Source of the DNA: the human T2T-CHM13v2.0 reference genome, Homo sapiens
Strand: one strand, 5' to 3'
Length of the DNA stretch: 64,000 nucleotides
Assembly (NCBI RefSeq): GCF_009914755.1
Contig: NC_060942.1
The stretch's first letter is position 1. The number at the start of each line of letters is the position of its first letter. Positions 1 to 14,165 of the stretch are shown piece by piece. The position numbers were made by a program, and so were the translations under genes. A model generated the notes under the pieces. The model saw only the letters and a list, made by a program, of their open reading frames with translations. It searched no databases and was not told the origin of the DNA.

Positions 1-654
1 GGAGGCCTGCCAGTTTCCTCCTTCTGAGCTTTAGAGAAGATGGAGGGAATTTCAAGTGGGTTGAGTCAAAGGAAAACACGTGGGCCTGCAGAGCCCAGGA
101 TCAGCCAGTCCTCAAACCTGGCTTCCTCTTGACACAGTCGCAGGGGCCGGAATCCACTCAGGAGCTCCAGTGCAGAATCAGGCAGCCCCATGGGGCAGCC
201 ATGCAGAAAGCCTGAGTAACTTCAAGGGGCCCCAAGGCAGAAAGCCCCCAGGAACACAAAGGGAGTCCTCCTATGCCTAATGCAGTTAGTAAGAAAGGAA
301 CTCTCATTTCTGTGTCTTGTGAGGTGGTCACACAGACCCAGCCCCTGCCTAAGCCCCATTGCCTCTCGGTTCGTGTCCCCATACCTGGACTCTATGCCTT
401 CTCTGTCTTTTCCTCCTATCCTTGACCTCTTTCCTGGTTCAGGACACAGCTTTTCTCATGATCAAAGAAAACTTGGATTCTGTTGGAGACAGGAAGCCCA
501 AACCCAGAGCATGAGGCTCCCGTAAGGGATTTTTCTTCAAGCGTGCTAAGAAGTACAAGAAGAGGCCATGGGGAGAGGAATCTTAAGGACCCTCCGACAA
601 CACAGGCATGATTCTAACCATCATCTCAGGAGGTAATCAAAGCTCAAAGACCAA

Positions 655-870
655 ACCATCTGAGGGCACTGAATGCCGACTATGTCCCAGGGACTGTCGT
701 AAACGTCATGTAATTTATTCTTACAGTTCCCTTAGATAGTTATGATGATGATGCTCATTTTTCAGATACAGCGACTGGCATCCAGAGATCTGCTGTAATG
801 ACCCCACAAAGCTAGTAATTTCACAAAGCTAGTAAGTGATAGCCCGGGTTGCACCAGGTCTCCTGACTCT
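655..870 (-). mobile_element. MIR SINE
   Basis: tgaatgccgactatgtcccagggactg, ctcatttttcagat, cacaaagctagtaagtg. Confidence 0.65.
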
Positions 871-1167
871 GTCCAGTCCTCTTTCCGCCATCCACAGTCT
901 GTCTCAACTGTCAGATATGTAGAAGGTCTTTAAACATGCGAGCTCACTTCCCACTTCTGAGGCTGTGAGGAAATGGTACTCCCTTCACTTTGGGCATAAA
1001 AGCAATGAACATAATCCAGGATATGAGAGAAAATTTTCTGCCTTGTCAAATACTCCAAACATCAGTCTATCATTGGCCTCTAGGGAATCAGTTCATTATT
1101 ACAAGCTGAGTGTGCAGACAGTAAGTAGACAATTACAGGAAACCCTAGGGACATCTGCCAGGGTCTT

Positions 1168-1597
1168 GTAGTAGACATTTTTCATTTTTTCTGGCCTCCC
1201 AACTAGGGAACTCCATGGACGTGATTAGTGGAGGAGCCCACCTCCCACAGAAAAGCTAAAAATGCCTGCCCCCTCACAGGTAGGGGGTTCAGGTATGAGA
1301 TCTAGGTATTGCCAAACAGCCCATCCACCCTAAGTTTGGATCATAAGCTTGTGGTGATAAGACGGGTTCTCTAGGAATCCTTTCTGCTATGGGTGGGGGC
1401 AGCAGGGGCAGCCAGCCACCATTTCAGAGGGGACAGGGCCATAGTTCTAGTGGCTATTTCCAGAGCCCAATGTCAGTGGTGTCTGTGAGGCAATCTGCAC
1501 TGTCCGGTCTGATGGTGCAGTGACTATGTCTTTACAAGGCCAGCTCTATGCTTTGTGATTAAATTAACCAAACTTAGCTTCTGCTGCTCTACAACTG
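1168..1597. mobile_element. Old ERVL LTR (LTR33/LTR16-like)
   Basis: Starts tgtagtagac and ends ttagcttctgctgctctacaact, resembling this LTR class. Confidence 0.45.
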
Positions 1598-1858
1598 AAG
1601 GCCCTCCTAGCTTGTGCAATCTGATAAGTGGATCCAGGGCTGTCTGGAGTACTGCAGTCTGCTCTCATAATTGGCTGTGGACATGGGCCCAGGCAAAGGC
1701 CAGCACCGGGAGGAGCTCACCTGCTCAGCTTCTCTCTGGGCTGCTCACCCGTCACCACTATTGAACTTTCCATGGTCATCTCATCGAATCTTCACAGCAG
1801 CCATCAGAGATCAGCTCTGCTGCTGCCACCACTTTACAAAGGAGAAAGTGGGTGTTCA

Positions 1859-2170
<312 letters not shown>

Positions 2171-5100
2171 ACAGAGAGAGAGAGAGAGATCCAGCGATGC
2201 ATCAGAGTCACACCGATATAGTGAAAACCTCGTTGCAGCGCATCAGACACCAACGTCCGCACTTCTACATGCTACAGCACTCCAGCCTCACCAGCCATTC
2301 CTCCCAGACTCAGAGCTATTTATTACCACACAGATCAGCAACTCGTTGCTAACCCTGACAGGGGTCTCACCTTTGATCCAGCATGAACTGATTTTAAAAT
2401 GGGGAGCAGGTTTCAACCTAGACATTCAGACCTCTGCTGCCAATAGCACAAGTTTGAGACACACCTCAAACAGCCAATTCAAGTCATGTCAAATGCAGCT
2501 GTGACCTTCAATGCGACTGAAAAAATGTTTGCCTAAAAAACTGTTGAGTACTTAGCCTTAAGGAACAGAATAGAAAGTGCTCTTCCACCATTAGGCAGTC
2601 TGTGGCACTCTCTCCTGGGAGCCTGCTGCAATGTCCTGCCTTAGAGGACAAACACCCTATCACTGATAACACAGTCTAGTGGTTTTACGTTGCCAGACCA
2701 TGAAACACTATCAGAATCCTCCCTGTGCCTCTGATCAGCTGCCTCTCTGCCTTGGCCCTGTGGGTCCTAACTACCGTGGTGCTACATCGTTAAAAATCTC
2801 TTTTGTCATCTGTGTTGAGGCTGGGGGAGGCCATCATGGAGTTGGGACAATAGAAAATCAGTGCTCTGAATGCTCATTCAATGCAGATACAAGGCCCAAT
2901 AATGCCTCCTTGTGCATGGGTCTTTTTGAACAGACGGTTTGTTTTAGTGTTACAAAGCCATGTTGTCTAATCTAGTGACACGTCTCCACTTTATGTAAAA
3001 GGAGTGGGTTCTGGACTTTATGGTTTTAATATTGTCTTTTTTGTATGAATGTTCATGTTAAAATGCTCAAAGAAGATTGTAAACTGGCTGGCAGTATTAA
3101 CTTTGTCCAATTCTGCTTTGTTTTTCTCTAACTTATTCAGTTTATTCATATTACCATGTGTATTTTGTAAATGTATGAAGTGGGCACCACACACACGTGC
3201 ACACACACACAAAGCTTGATTGTTTAACAGCTGCCTAAAGATGGCTTCATTTGGGTAATAATATACAATGTCCTTTAATACCATTTTTTTGTGTGTGTAA
3301 ATTCAGGCTGTATTTTAGTCATTATGCATATTTTATGAACTTTAAATTAAATTGCACCCCAAAAAGAAAATGAAAGCTAAACCATCCCATTTCTGCTTTT
3401 GTAACAGAAGTTTTGTAAAAACTTCATAAGAACTTGTATCTCCACTTGAAATGAAATTAACTTAATGGGTCGAAGACACCACATCTTCATAGTGCTAGAA
3501 AAAGTTGTTCTACTTCTAAAGAAGAAAATAAACAAAGGGGAAATTTCAAATAAACATGGACAGTACACCTCTCAGTAGGACTAAAAGAAACTTCTCTTTG
3601 CATTTCCCATGTCTTTTAAAGAGTCATGAGGCTTACTGCAGTCCAGAGAAATGTTTTTAGGTTTTTTGTTTGTTTTTGTCTTTTTGTTTCTATTTATTTT
3701 AACTTCAAAGAGTTTTGTATCTAAATGGAATAGAAAGTGCAAAAAATTGCATGGGAAGTCTGGTAAGAACATATCTTTGCTTTCATCTGCAAGATTGGCA
3801 AACCTCTAGCAATCCTCCGGTGTCTGTCAAGGTCTGTACCACTTATTTATTTAAGCCAGGTACACTAATTTTTATAATGAGCTATAAATAAGCTTGTTAT
3901 GGCAGACATTTATGAGATTAAGGTCCCAAACATAAAGATAGACTACTTATCTTTTCCTTAGATAATAGTGAAATACCAGAGTAATTTGTTTGGGTCTTGG
4001 GCCAGCCATCACTCACTCCACCCAGCCCCAGGCCACTGTCGCCAATTTTGGAGCCTTTGACACATCTTGAGATCCATCTAGAGCCTGCAAAATCCATCCT
4101 GACACAGCCTGCTACTTGCAGGTATCCTCAGCCTTTTCCATCTCACAGTGTTCTTGGACAATACGGAGGATCATCACCATATTCAATGCCAGCTCTTGCC
4201 AGGTGTGGAATGCATCAACTGCTCATCTATTGGAAAGGACCTCAGGAGTGGGGCCACAGGCCAGCAGGGACGAGCACTAGAAATCACAGATCCCCAGCTT
4301 GCTAGTGATGGAGAAATCACCACTAGGAAATGGAAGAGAGTGATCAAGACAAAGTGTGAGATAAAAAGTTGGTAGTCTTTGGTTACTGCCCTGCATGTGA
4401 AGTCTTTCTCAGTAATACCTTATATCCCCTCTCTCCCAGGGGAGAGTGAGGAGAAGGGAGGGAAAGGAAGGGGAAAGAAAGGGAGAGTGAGGGAGGGAAC
4501 TGTATGTGAGAAGCAGACAATCCTAAAAATCCAACTAACAGGTGTGGTGGCGATCTGTAGACAAGTCCCACTCTTCCTTTTTGCTTTCACGTGGGAAAGA
4601 GAAAGGTTTTGCAACCTGATTAATGGCTCAGATAATTGAGATCCTGGATCTATATTACATAAAGTGGAAAACAGAATAGAACTAGATAACATTTACAAGT
4701 TAGAACAGAACCAAAAGACAACACTCAGTGACGTTACCAAATTCCCCACCCCCGGCTAAAATCAATAAATAAAACGACCACAGCTATAATGTAAATGAAA
4801 GAGAAATCTGGCTGGCCCAGGGCTCAAGATAAACACAGCAAAGCCAAGTCTCCACCACTCCCTCCAAACTCACACCCCAAGAGGGGGAGGGCGGTCTCTG
4901 AAACACAGGTCAGTGGTTCACCGGTGGTAAAGGTGACAGTGACACATCGTGAGTGCCATGGAATTCCACCTTTCCAGGTCTCTTCTGGCTCAGGGCTTCA
5001 CTTGCAGTTTAAATGCAAAAATCCAGATAAAGGCTAATGCTTTTGAACTTACAAATTATTTATATTTTAGCATGAATGCATTTATAAGATCAATTCTTAT

Positions 5101-6685
5101 TCTGTTAAGAAAGAAAGACAGAGGACATAAGAATACTCTGGTATCTTTTGGGAGGATGAGGGCAGAAAAAAGAAGCCCAAAGAGATGAATGTTGAGCCCT
5201 GCAAAGCAGAGCACAGCGCAGGGGACCTGGGAGTGAGAGAAGCTGGGAAGTATTTCTCACTGAGAGTCTTTCGTCTAGTCTGGAAGCCTTCTGTTCCTTC
5301 CTAATGAAAGTAGTGGTGCACTTAAGAACATGGTGTCTGAAATACAGTGGATGCTAAGTAAATATTCATTGAATGTATGAGTGACTCAAAGTAGACATGG
5401 AAAGCACATGTCCACGTTCCAAGCAATAGTCATAATAGGTGGCATAGAATGTGGGAGGACTTAAACGGAGGCAATCGGAGCTGCAGCCCCTTGGGCCACC
5501 CCACTTGACCATGGATGAAGCACATTCAGGAATCAGGCAGTGCATTAAGTACTTTCCATCATCCGCTTCCCTAACCCACCATAGACTCTAAGCAGCAACT
5601 CACATCGCTCTTAGGACCACTGGCTTGCACAAGGAGTCACAAGTGGCAAGTGATAGAATCAGAATTTTCATCCTGTTCCGACAAACCCCAAAGCCTGTAC
5701 TCTTAACCACAGGTGATGCTGCCTCCCTTCTTATGGAAAAAGTGAAAATATATTATGATTCCTTCAACTCTTATCACCAGTGTTTGGCAAGACCTTAGAG
5801 ATAACTCAGTAGATTCTCTTGGGAAATTCTAGAAAACCACTGGTTTTCAAATGAAGAGTGTATCTGCCGGCAGTAGTTCCCACACACATGTGACTAGACT
5901 TGTCACTGTAGAGATCTTAATTTTCAAAAATATACATGTGTAAGAGGAAGAATAAGATTTGGTTCTCAGTAAAGCTTTGTGGAACAAAAAAAGGTCTGAC
6001 ATGCTTCTCTCCTTACTGCTTGGCTCTCTGTATACGGCATTCTTCAAGGATTGTGCTGCAACAATTCTTTTCCTTATTCTTCTTTATTCTCAGATCTACC
6101 TATTCTCTGGCTGGTTGGAGAGAGATAATTTTGTTTTCAAATTATTTTGGTAATAGATGATTTCAGTTTTTGCTTCTCTAGAAGTCTCTGGCCACAGCCG
6201 TGCTTAACCAGCCACCTATCTCTTGGAGCTAACCTGGCCAGCAGCAGATAGAATACAGCATATTTGTCAGCATCACTTATTATCCAAGGTGAGGATTTAG
6301 GTCTTGGAGCTGGACAACACATAGGTGGATGTGTCCTCTGGTGGTAGTTGTAGTAACTCCTGACTGGAAGCACTTTATAGTTCTTCCATTCCAGCATCTT
6401 CTACACCCCAGGGGTCAGACCTGCATGAATGAATGCTTGGGTTCCATGGCAGGGATTTCTTTCTGGCACAGTGGGAGGTGAATGTGTGGGAGGGGGTAGG
6501 GGAGGGTCTTTAAAGCAAAGTTTTGTGCAGGTGATTGGTCAAGATTTAAAACCCAAGCTATTGAATTCAGTACAATAGGCTGGGTCAGCCGTCTTCAGAT
6601 GGCTTTATAACAAGACGACCCACCTTGAAGAGTGTTTGCTTTCATGAGGTCTGTCTGCCACAGTGGCTTCCATGGAATTGGTGAC

Positions 6686-6850
6686 AATGTGCACCAAGTT
6701 AATTTCAGCTTGGGGTGGGAATGGCTTCGTCTCTTTTCCATAAAGCATGAACAACTGCTGCCCTTATCGTCCCCTCCCTGTATTCTTGGAGGGCCACTAG
6801 TCTTAGCATACTCTGCACATCCAGCTATGCAGTGGCAAAGAACGTTTTCT
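6686..6850 (+). repeat. Left arm of a diverged inverted repeat
   Basis: Aligns by eye to the reverse complement of 8001-8163; the first 42 nt have 4 mismatches. Confidence 0.85.
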
Positions 6851-8000
6851 GTACTTTGTTCTGCATTAAAATACAGGAAAGGCAGTTTGAGGACCTATAA
6901 AGTATGGCAGATTGCACACGGGAATGTGGCCTCTGATGTCTCTGCTTGTCTGTCACTCTCCCAGACAATCCAGGCCTGCTCTGCAACAAGAATAGATTCT
7001 TCTGGAATGTTTTCCCCATGGCTCACCCTCATGGAAGCGCAAAGGCCATCCCACAGAGGGGCACAAAGGAAACAGCTATGACGAGCAAGGCCAACACAAC
7101 ACAAAACAACACCCACAAGTACCACAGGTAAGACTGACATTGCTTAGTTTACTGTGTTAAAAGACTGTATAATGGTTAGAAACCAGGGGCTTGTGGTGAA
7201 GTAGAAAATACTTGGATACCAGAACAGGAAAGCCTAACATATCTTTAGAAGCAGCAAAGGTGGAATTGATGCAATGAAGAAAGGAATTTGTGATGTGGTA
7301 TACACATTTAACAGGAATCTGGCATACAATTAATTGAATACACATAATGTTTCATAAGGCCCTTGCTTTCCAAGTTTTTAACCATTATGAGAGATAAAAT
7401 ATGACCTTGAAGCACAGGAAGTGGAAGTGGAGGTGGAAGAGGCCCTAAAATGAGATGAGGAGACCTGGAATCTAAATAAGAGTTCATACTCAGGAGAAGG
7501 TCTGACTTCAAGGGGTCTCGGTTTCCTCGTAGCCCTAAACCCTCCGCTGAGACTCAAGGCTCTCTTCCACCCATCACGGGTGGACATCACCTCCGCAAGA
7601 TGAAGAGTTCCACCTAAGTGCTGCTTGCATCTACTTCTACTGATGATTTTGGAGTTGCTCAACCCTCGAGTTCCAAGAGAAAAGCACAAAGGTCTGGTCT
7701 AAATGCCAGCAGTACAGCTTTACAGTTTACCACCTGCTGCATCTCTGGGGCACCCTGTGGACACCACATCTGATGGAGACTGTGCTCATCCAGCTATCTC
7801 ACAGGGGGAGATGTTTTGCGCCCACCGCTGTATGGCCGTCCCCACTGACATAAGATCAGCCAACTGATTGACCTCTTATGCCCAGAGACTCCTGCCTAAA
7901 CCTGCTGTCCTGTAGCTCATTCTGGATGAGCTCATAGCCATGTTGATCTTTTGTTCTATAAATTCTCCAGACTTTGGTTGGTGTCCTTGACCCTGCTTCA

Positions 8001-8163
8001 AGAAATTTTCCTTGCCACTGCAGAGCAACGTGTGCTGAGTACGCAGACTTAGAGGCTCTCCAAGAATACAGGGATTGGGAGTAGAAGCAGCAGATAGTTC
8101 ATGCTTTACACAAGTAAGGCTAAGCCATTCCCAGACCAAGCTGAACTTAACGTGGTGCACATT
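8001..8163 (-). repeat. Right arm of a diverged inverted repeat
   Basis: The reverse complement begins aatgtgcaccacgttaagttcagcttggtctgggaatggctt, matching 6686 onward. Confidence 0.85.
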
Positions 8164-8411
8164 ATGATGCTAGTCTCTTCTCCAGTATGATTTGCCACCA
8201 TATTTGCTGTTGTTCATTTAACTCGAATGGGTCTGCTGGAGTAAAACATTTGGTTTCATCTAATCAATCAAGAGTCTATGAAGAGTTACTAATTTAGGCA
8301 CTGGGCTAAAGCCTATGAAAAATTTAGAGACGCAGTGTAAGACAATAAACTATACAAGCATGTAAGGTTTTCTTAGGTTTATAGGGTTAATTTATTTTTG
8401 ACTCTGGGGCA

Positions 8412-8664
<253 letters not shown>

Positions 8665-9770
8665 TTTGTGTCTGTTTGTAGAAGTTTTCTCTTTTTGTAA
8701 GGACAGAAGCATCAAAGTCACCAACTTCTGTATGTGAAAATAAAACACATTCTAAGTTAGCACCTGGTATGCTCTCGCAGAACAGAAGGTACATAAACCC
8801 TCAGCGCCTGTAGAGGCATCTCAAAACTCTCTGAACTTCAAGTTTGCGTCTTTACATTAAACAGCCTTGGCTGTCCTCTGACCCTCAAAAAAAATGGCAT
8901 GGTGATCAAAGGAGACCATGTATTTGAAAAATCTTTTGAGCATTTCAAAGTTTTATACAACTATGGAGATTAGGCATCGTGTGAACTTTGTGATGTTGAA
9001 TTTGGTGGCCCAGAGGACTGTTCTGTTTTCGCTTAGCTCTGCTTTAGAGACCTAAGTTTCAGCTAGATGAAATGTGATTTCATATGGCTCCTCTCCCTGA
9101 ATATGCACAATCCAAAACACACACACACAAATGTGTACATTCTAAAAGGACTAGTCAAGTCCTAATACTGAAAATTTCAGAGATTCATGGCAGTGGGCAG
9201 CATTTTAGTAGTTAGCTGGTCCACTTGCCTATCTTACAGCGTGCAATAATCTGTTTTAAACACTAAAACGTTTGAATATTTTATGCATGAAATAATGAAC
9301 TATAGTACCAGATACCAACTGCAATAAATGTCCAAATAGCCTATGTAACATTCCTACCTTTCCCCTTTAGCTTGAATGTCTCAAAACACATCTAAATCAA
9401 TTTTTCTACTTTCTACTTTTTTTTTCTGTCTAGTCTTAGAGCTGCAAATAGCACCTTACTGAGAGCCAGAAAACCCAGTGACTCTGCCCCTTTAAAGTTG
9501 TGACTTTTAGGCAAACCACTCTTTGGCCTCAGTTTTCCCATCTGCAAAGAGAGACTAGTAATAGCTGAATTATCTCAATGAAAGATAACACTGAATGTAA
9601 TGTTACAATGATGTAATCAGATGGTAGATTGCCACCCCAGATGGTCAGTTGAAGTAAAACATATTTGGTTTCATATAATCAAAACATAGTGAATTAAAGG
9701 AACAAAGTTATTAAAATGTTTGATACATGACTAATTGTAATACGACTAATCTTATAATTTTTCATCTTGT

Positions 9771-10008
9771 ACAATGTTTCTCGAACTTCCTTTTTATTAT
9801 TGCCCCTGAAGGAAGCTTTTTAAACATTTTTTTTTTACTCATCCCATTAGATTGTAAGTACCATGGATACACTTTACATCTGTTTAAGTACTGCCTTTTT
9901 GGAGGGCTATAAATCATTGTAATATCTAAGTTTTTTCACCTCCCCCTCTAAGAACCAATTTTTGCTCCCTTGGGGGCAATTTTGCTATTGGTGAGAATGT
10001 ATGGTCTA
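9771..10008. mobile_element. hAT-type MITE (MER96B-like)
   Basis: caatgtttctc at the left end, gagaatgtatg at the right end, and internal aagaaccaattttt-gctcccttgggggc. Confidence 0.5.
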
Positions 10009-10044
10009 GTCTAAGCTCATTATTGTCAGTGAATTATTATTTAG

Positions 10045-10195
10045 GGTGCACTTATGTAACACTTAACTATGTGCAGGTATATGCTGCTATTATCCCCATG
10101 TTATAGATGGGGAAACTGGGGCACAGCCAGATTAAGTAACTTGCCCAGGGTCATAGAGCTGAGAGATTGTGCCCAGAGAATCTGGCTCCTTAGCA
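10045..10195 (-). mobile_element. MIR SINE
   Basis: Core ccccatgttatagatggggaaactggggcacag...taacttgcccagggtcat. Confidence 0.8.
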
Positions 10196-13100
10196 ATTGT
10201 GCCAGGCTGCCTCTTATTTGTTGTATTTGTTTGAGTGTTGCTATGTGTGCCATAACAACCTCGGGTATGCTCGGAGTGAATACCAGAGTTTTTGTATCTT
10301 CCTGTTTCTGTAGTTGGGTGCCGAAGTGGCTTAGGGTGGTGGTGGCTCATAAAGACTATTTTTTGATGCTCTGATCTTATCCTGCCTCATTTACGAGTCC
10401 AACAAATGCCCATTATGGAAGGACTTGTGAAGGGGCTGGGGGAGGAGACACACACATAATACCCGATTTTCTTCCTGCCTTCAAAGGGCCAAATAATTTA
10501 GTTGCGCAGATAAAGCAGTTAGACATAGAAGGCAATCAGCACTAAAAGGAAGAATCGTCTCTAAGTCACATGAAGGTACAGACAAAAATGCTATTGAGGT
10601 CCTTGAGTGTCTCCTGTCCCTGAGGTCATCTCATATTTTCTTCCAGTGGGAAGGTCCATAGTCTTCTCATCAGTCCCCCAAACAGACTCGTGACAGAGGG
10701 TAAATGAACAATTAAGCCAAATCCCCTTCATACATACCTGTTCCTAATTTCAGGTGGTTGTACATATGTATCTGATACTCACCAGTTGGTCAAAACATGA
10801 ATGAATGCTTGCTAAGCTCACAAACATTTTATTTGTTTTCTCTGATAAACGCCAGGAGTATAAAATGGAATGTAACATTTAATTTCTTAACCTCAGAGGC
10901 TGTGTTGCTCAGGGATATATCTAAACTGCATTTTATTTTCAAAATAGAGCTTGTTCTAGTTAACGTGTTTAAAAAATATAACTCCAAAATATGCCCCCTT
11001 CTAAGGGCCCCTCAGGATAATTTCGTTGTCTTTGCCTCTGAGGGAGCTGTGTAGGATTTTTGAAATTTTATATCTACCATTTCTCAAAGTCCTGCTGTGG
11101 GCAAAAGACTGGAAATACTGGCTTAGGTGCTAAAAGGGGAATGGTGATGACTCAACCACTCCTGGCCTTTGGATGCTTCCAGTCTGTGGGAATTTAATGT
11201 AACCTCACAAGCTTGGAACTGATATCTGACAAGTTTCAAGAAAAGTCTATTCCTGGTGACATTTTGTAGGCTCTGAGGACTCAGAGGGTAGTCAAATGCT
11301 TTCGACCATACTCATAGTTGACTGTGTTCTAGAATCCATGTTTTAAATACCCTGGCCCTTCTTAGAACCAAAAGGCCTAGAATCTCAGAAATTCCAAATG
11401 ACTAAATGACTTGCATGATGGCCCAACTTTATACCAATTTTCACAATGACTGCGTTAGAAAACCAAACTGTAGCCCAGGTTTTAAGGGGCATTGGTCCTT
11501 GTGCCTCCCAGGACAACAATGAAATAGAGCGTTCTACTACTCTGTACTCACTAAAAATCAAGACACCCTCCTAAGAAAATCAAGCTAAGGCGATCACCCA
11601 AGCTCTACATCCCAGGAAATTTACTCATGATTGAGCGTTCCTAGGGAAAAGCAAAGGACTGGTTCTGACTCAAAGACAGGCGATTATAGAAGCTCATAGG
11701 GCAACTGCGTTTGTGGAAAAAAAACCGCTTGGTAGACACGTGACAGGCCTCGTGAGTTGGTAACTGAACAAATCACAGGCGTTCCAAGAGGCGATGTGTT
11801 GTGTGGCTGGGAACTTAGCTCCTTTGAGTTTCCTCTTCTCCATCAGCATGGCCAGGGTTATTTATGAACAGCTCCAGATATTCTAACACACTTGTTGATG
11901 CTCTTAAGGGGATCCTGTCCAGCTGTCCCTGCCAAAGACACTCCCATTATCACCAGGACCTGGGCTCCACATGTTCCTGCTTGAGGCTTGGGTTCTCGTA
12001 AGTGGTTTGGGGAATTCCCTGTGCTTATTTCAGGGGTCCCGATTCTGTGCTGGATTTAACAGCCACTTATTACCTCCCTAGCAATGCTTGCTTCCCAGTT
12101 CTATTACTCTAAACATATATCCACAAATAACCTCTCTAAGACAAATTTACATGTCTTCCTTTTCCTTTCATTATTCTTCTCCAGAAAGAGGTACATTAAC
12201 AGCAGAAGTGAAAAGTAATGCAGAAAATGAACTTATCCTCGGACAAATCTAGATCTTCTCGACTGTTGGACGTTGCGGGGACATTTTCAGGCAGTAGTAA
12301 CTCTGGCAGGATGTTATGTTGAGGGTCGAGTATTTAAATCTATGACACTACATGGGGAAAATAAACTGGCAAAACAAATTTGAAACTGCTGACTTCATTC
12401 TGGCTACGTTTATACCACACCAGTAAAACCAGTTGGAAAAACAAAAATTGAAGCAACTTGACTGTCAAAATGACACCAAATTACAGCTGACCTGTTGGTT
12501 TTATCCTTTTTTTAATAACAAAATCAAAAAATTAAGCACATACATGACCTAACTGTTCTTCTAATATGTGATGAATAACCTAAACATTTTTCCATTGCTG
12601 TCAACCTATTTGCTTATACAAAAATGCACCACCCCTAACACTCTCTTAGCCATTTGCTTGTTTCAAATATTCTTTGATGGACTAAAAGGCATCAAATGAC
12701 TAAAAGACATTGAAAAACTAAACACCACTTCATATGTGTTCTTGGTGACAAGGCTTTTGTTCTGCATAACCAACCAAGTATGCTGTTTACATCGTTTCCA
12801 ACTGCCCAACATTCGTGAAGAAGTCAAATTCTTGGTTTAAAATGAAAATTTGATTGGCCCTTGGCAAACATTCAAATCTTACAAATCATAGTCTGCTACC
12901 CAAGCCTAGCAACTGGGATGAGAGAACGATCAGGTACAAAGTCAGGCTCAGAAAGATGTGGCAGAGCAAGACTAACACAAAATAATGCCTGCGCTCATAG
13001 GCATCGTTTTCATGATCTTCTTTTTGCCCACACAGGTATTCTTTCATCTTCAAGATTTGCAAACAGGAGCACATTAATCTTCACAACATCCGTGTGAGCT

Positions 13101-13350
13101 GAGCAGCTGGTACATCTTATGATCCTCTGTATTAATGATGGAAAGATGATAATGATGGTGATAAAAATTAAGACACATCAAACAGCGTCAGCACTATCAC
13201 ATCAAAACACCCATGGATTTCTCAGGTTAAAAAAAAAAAAAGAAAAGTGGAAACTGTCAAATGTATTCTCATCTATTTTACTATTATACCGTTGCTAAGA
13301 TCCAACTACTTTTGAAAGTCTAACACATAAGGAGTTGAATTATTGCATTG

Positions 13351-14165
13351 TTCAAAGGGGCAGAGAATTCTCTTGGGAAATCAGGCATTTATTTTAATCT
13401 TTTTTTTAAATGAAAAACACTAACGGTTGCGTCAAGAAATGTTCTCTAGACTCCACTGGGTCTCCTGTCTGCTCTTTATCCTAGTGTGGAGAAGAGGTGA
13501 CATTAACCTTAGGAGGGGGAAAACTGCTGGAAGAGGGGAAGGGCTCAAGCAGGCCCTTGGCAGAGGAGGGACCTTCCAGGTAAATCAGATGGCCACTGCC
13601 TTGTACCCGCATTGGAGAACGAAGGACCCCAGGGGAAACTCTTCCTGCCTTTGGGTCTCAAACGCCCATGTAGTCCCCCCTCCCCCACAAGACCGCGAAC
13701 ACAAATAAAATCAGCTTTGATTGTGGTGATTCAATTTGCTCTGGAAGAGAAGAGGACTCGGCGAAGGGGCCTAAGTGCACGTTCTTAGACTGACAGGGAG
13801 CGTTTCTCGGAGATTTCTCCCGTTTCAACAAGTCATTTGCCTAGTGGAAGGGGGAGGAAAAAGTGAACGGGCTCCTGCCTCCTACACCGTGCCCTTCCCA
13901 GGTTGGGGCCTATGACAAGGTTCTCCGTGCTCCCCAGAGGAGCCAGGCACTGGGCCGGGGTAGGCGATTTGTAGTGAAGACCTGCACCGCACCCACGAGG
14001 GGGCCCAGCACTGACGCATCCTCACCCCCAGCAACCCTCCAGGACTCTCTCTTTGGTCTCCCCTCTCTCCCATGGCTGCGCGCTGGCACACACCCCGGCT
14101 CAGCAGGCCGCTTTGCTTGGATCCCACGCCAGGCCTCCAGCCTCGCCGCCCGCACCCCCTTTGAA
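13351..14165. promoter_or_regulatory. TCF/LEF consensus sites upstream of exon 1
   Basis: TTCAAAG at 13351-13357, CTTTGAT at 13715-13721 and CTTTGAA at 14159-14165. APCDD1 is an established beta-catenin/TCF target, but the function of each site is inferred. Confidence 0.55.

Noticed and set aside
805-835. Tandem duplication of cacaaagctagtaa
   Set aside because: Ordinary slippage within a MIR.
6632-8160. Two similar peptides (6632+ and 8160-) suggesting paralogous small genes
   Set aside because: The similarity is lost at frameshifting indels. It reflects the DNA-level inverted repeat, not coding conservation.
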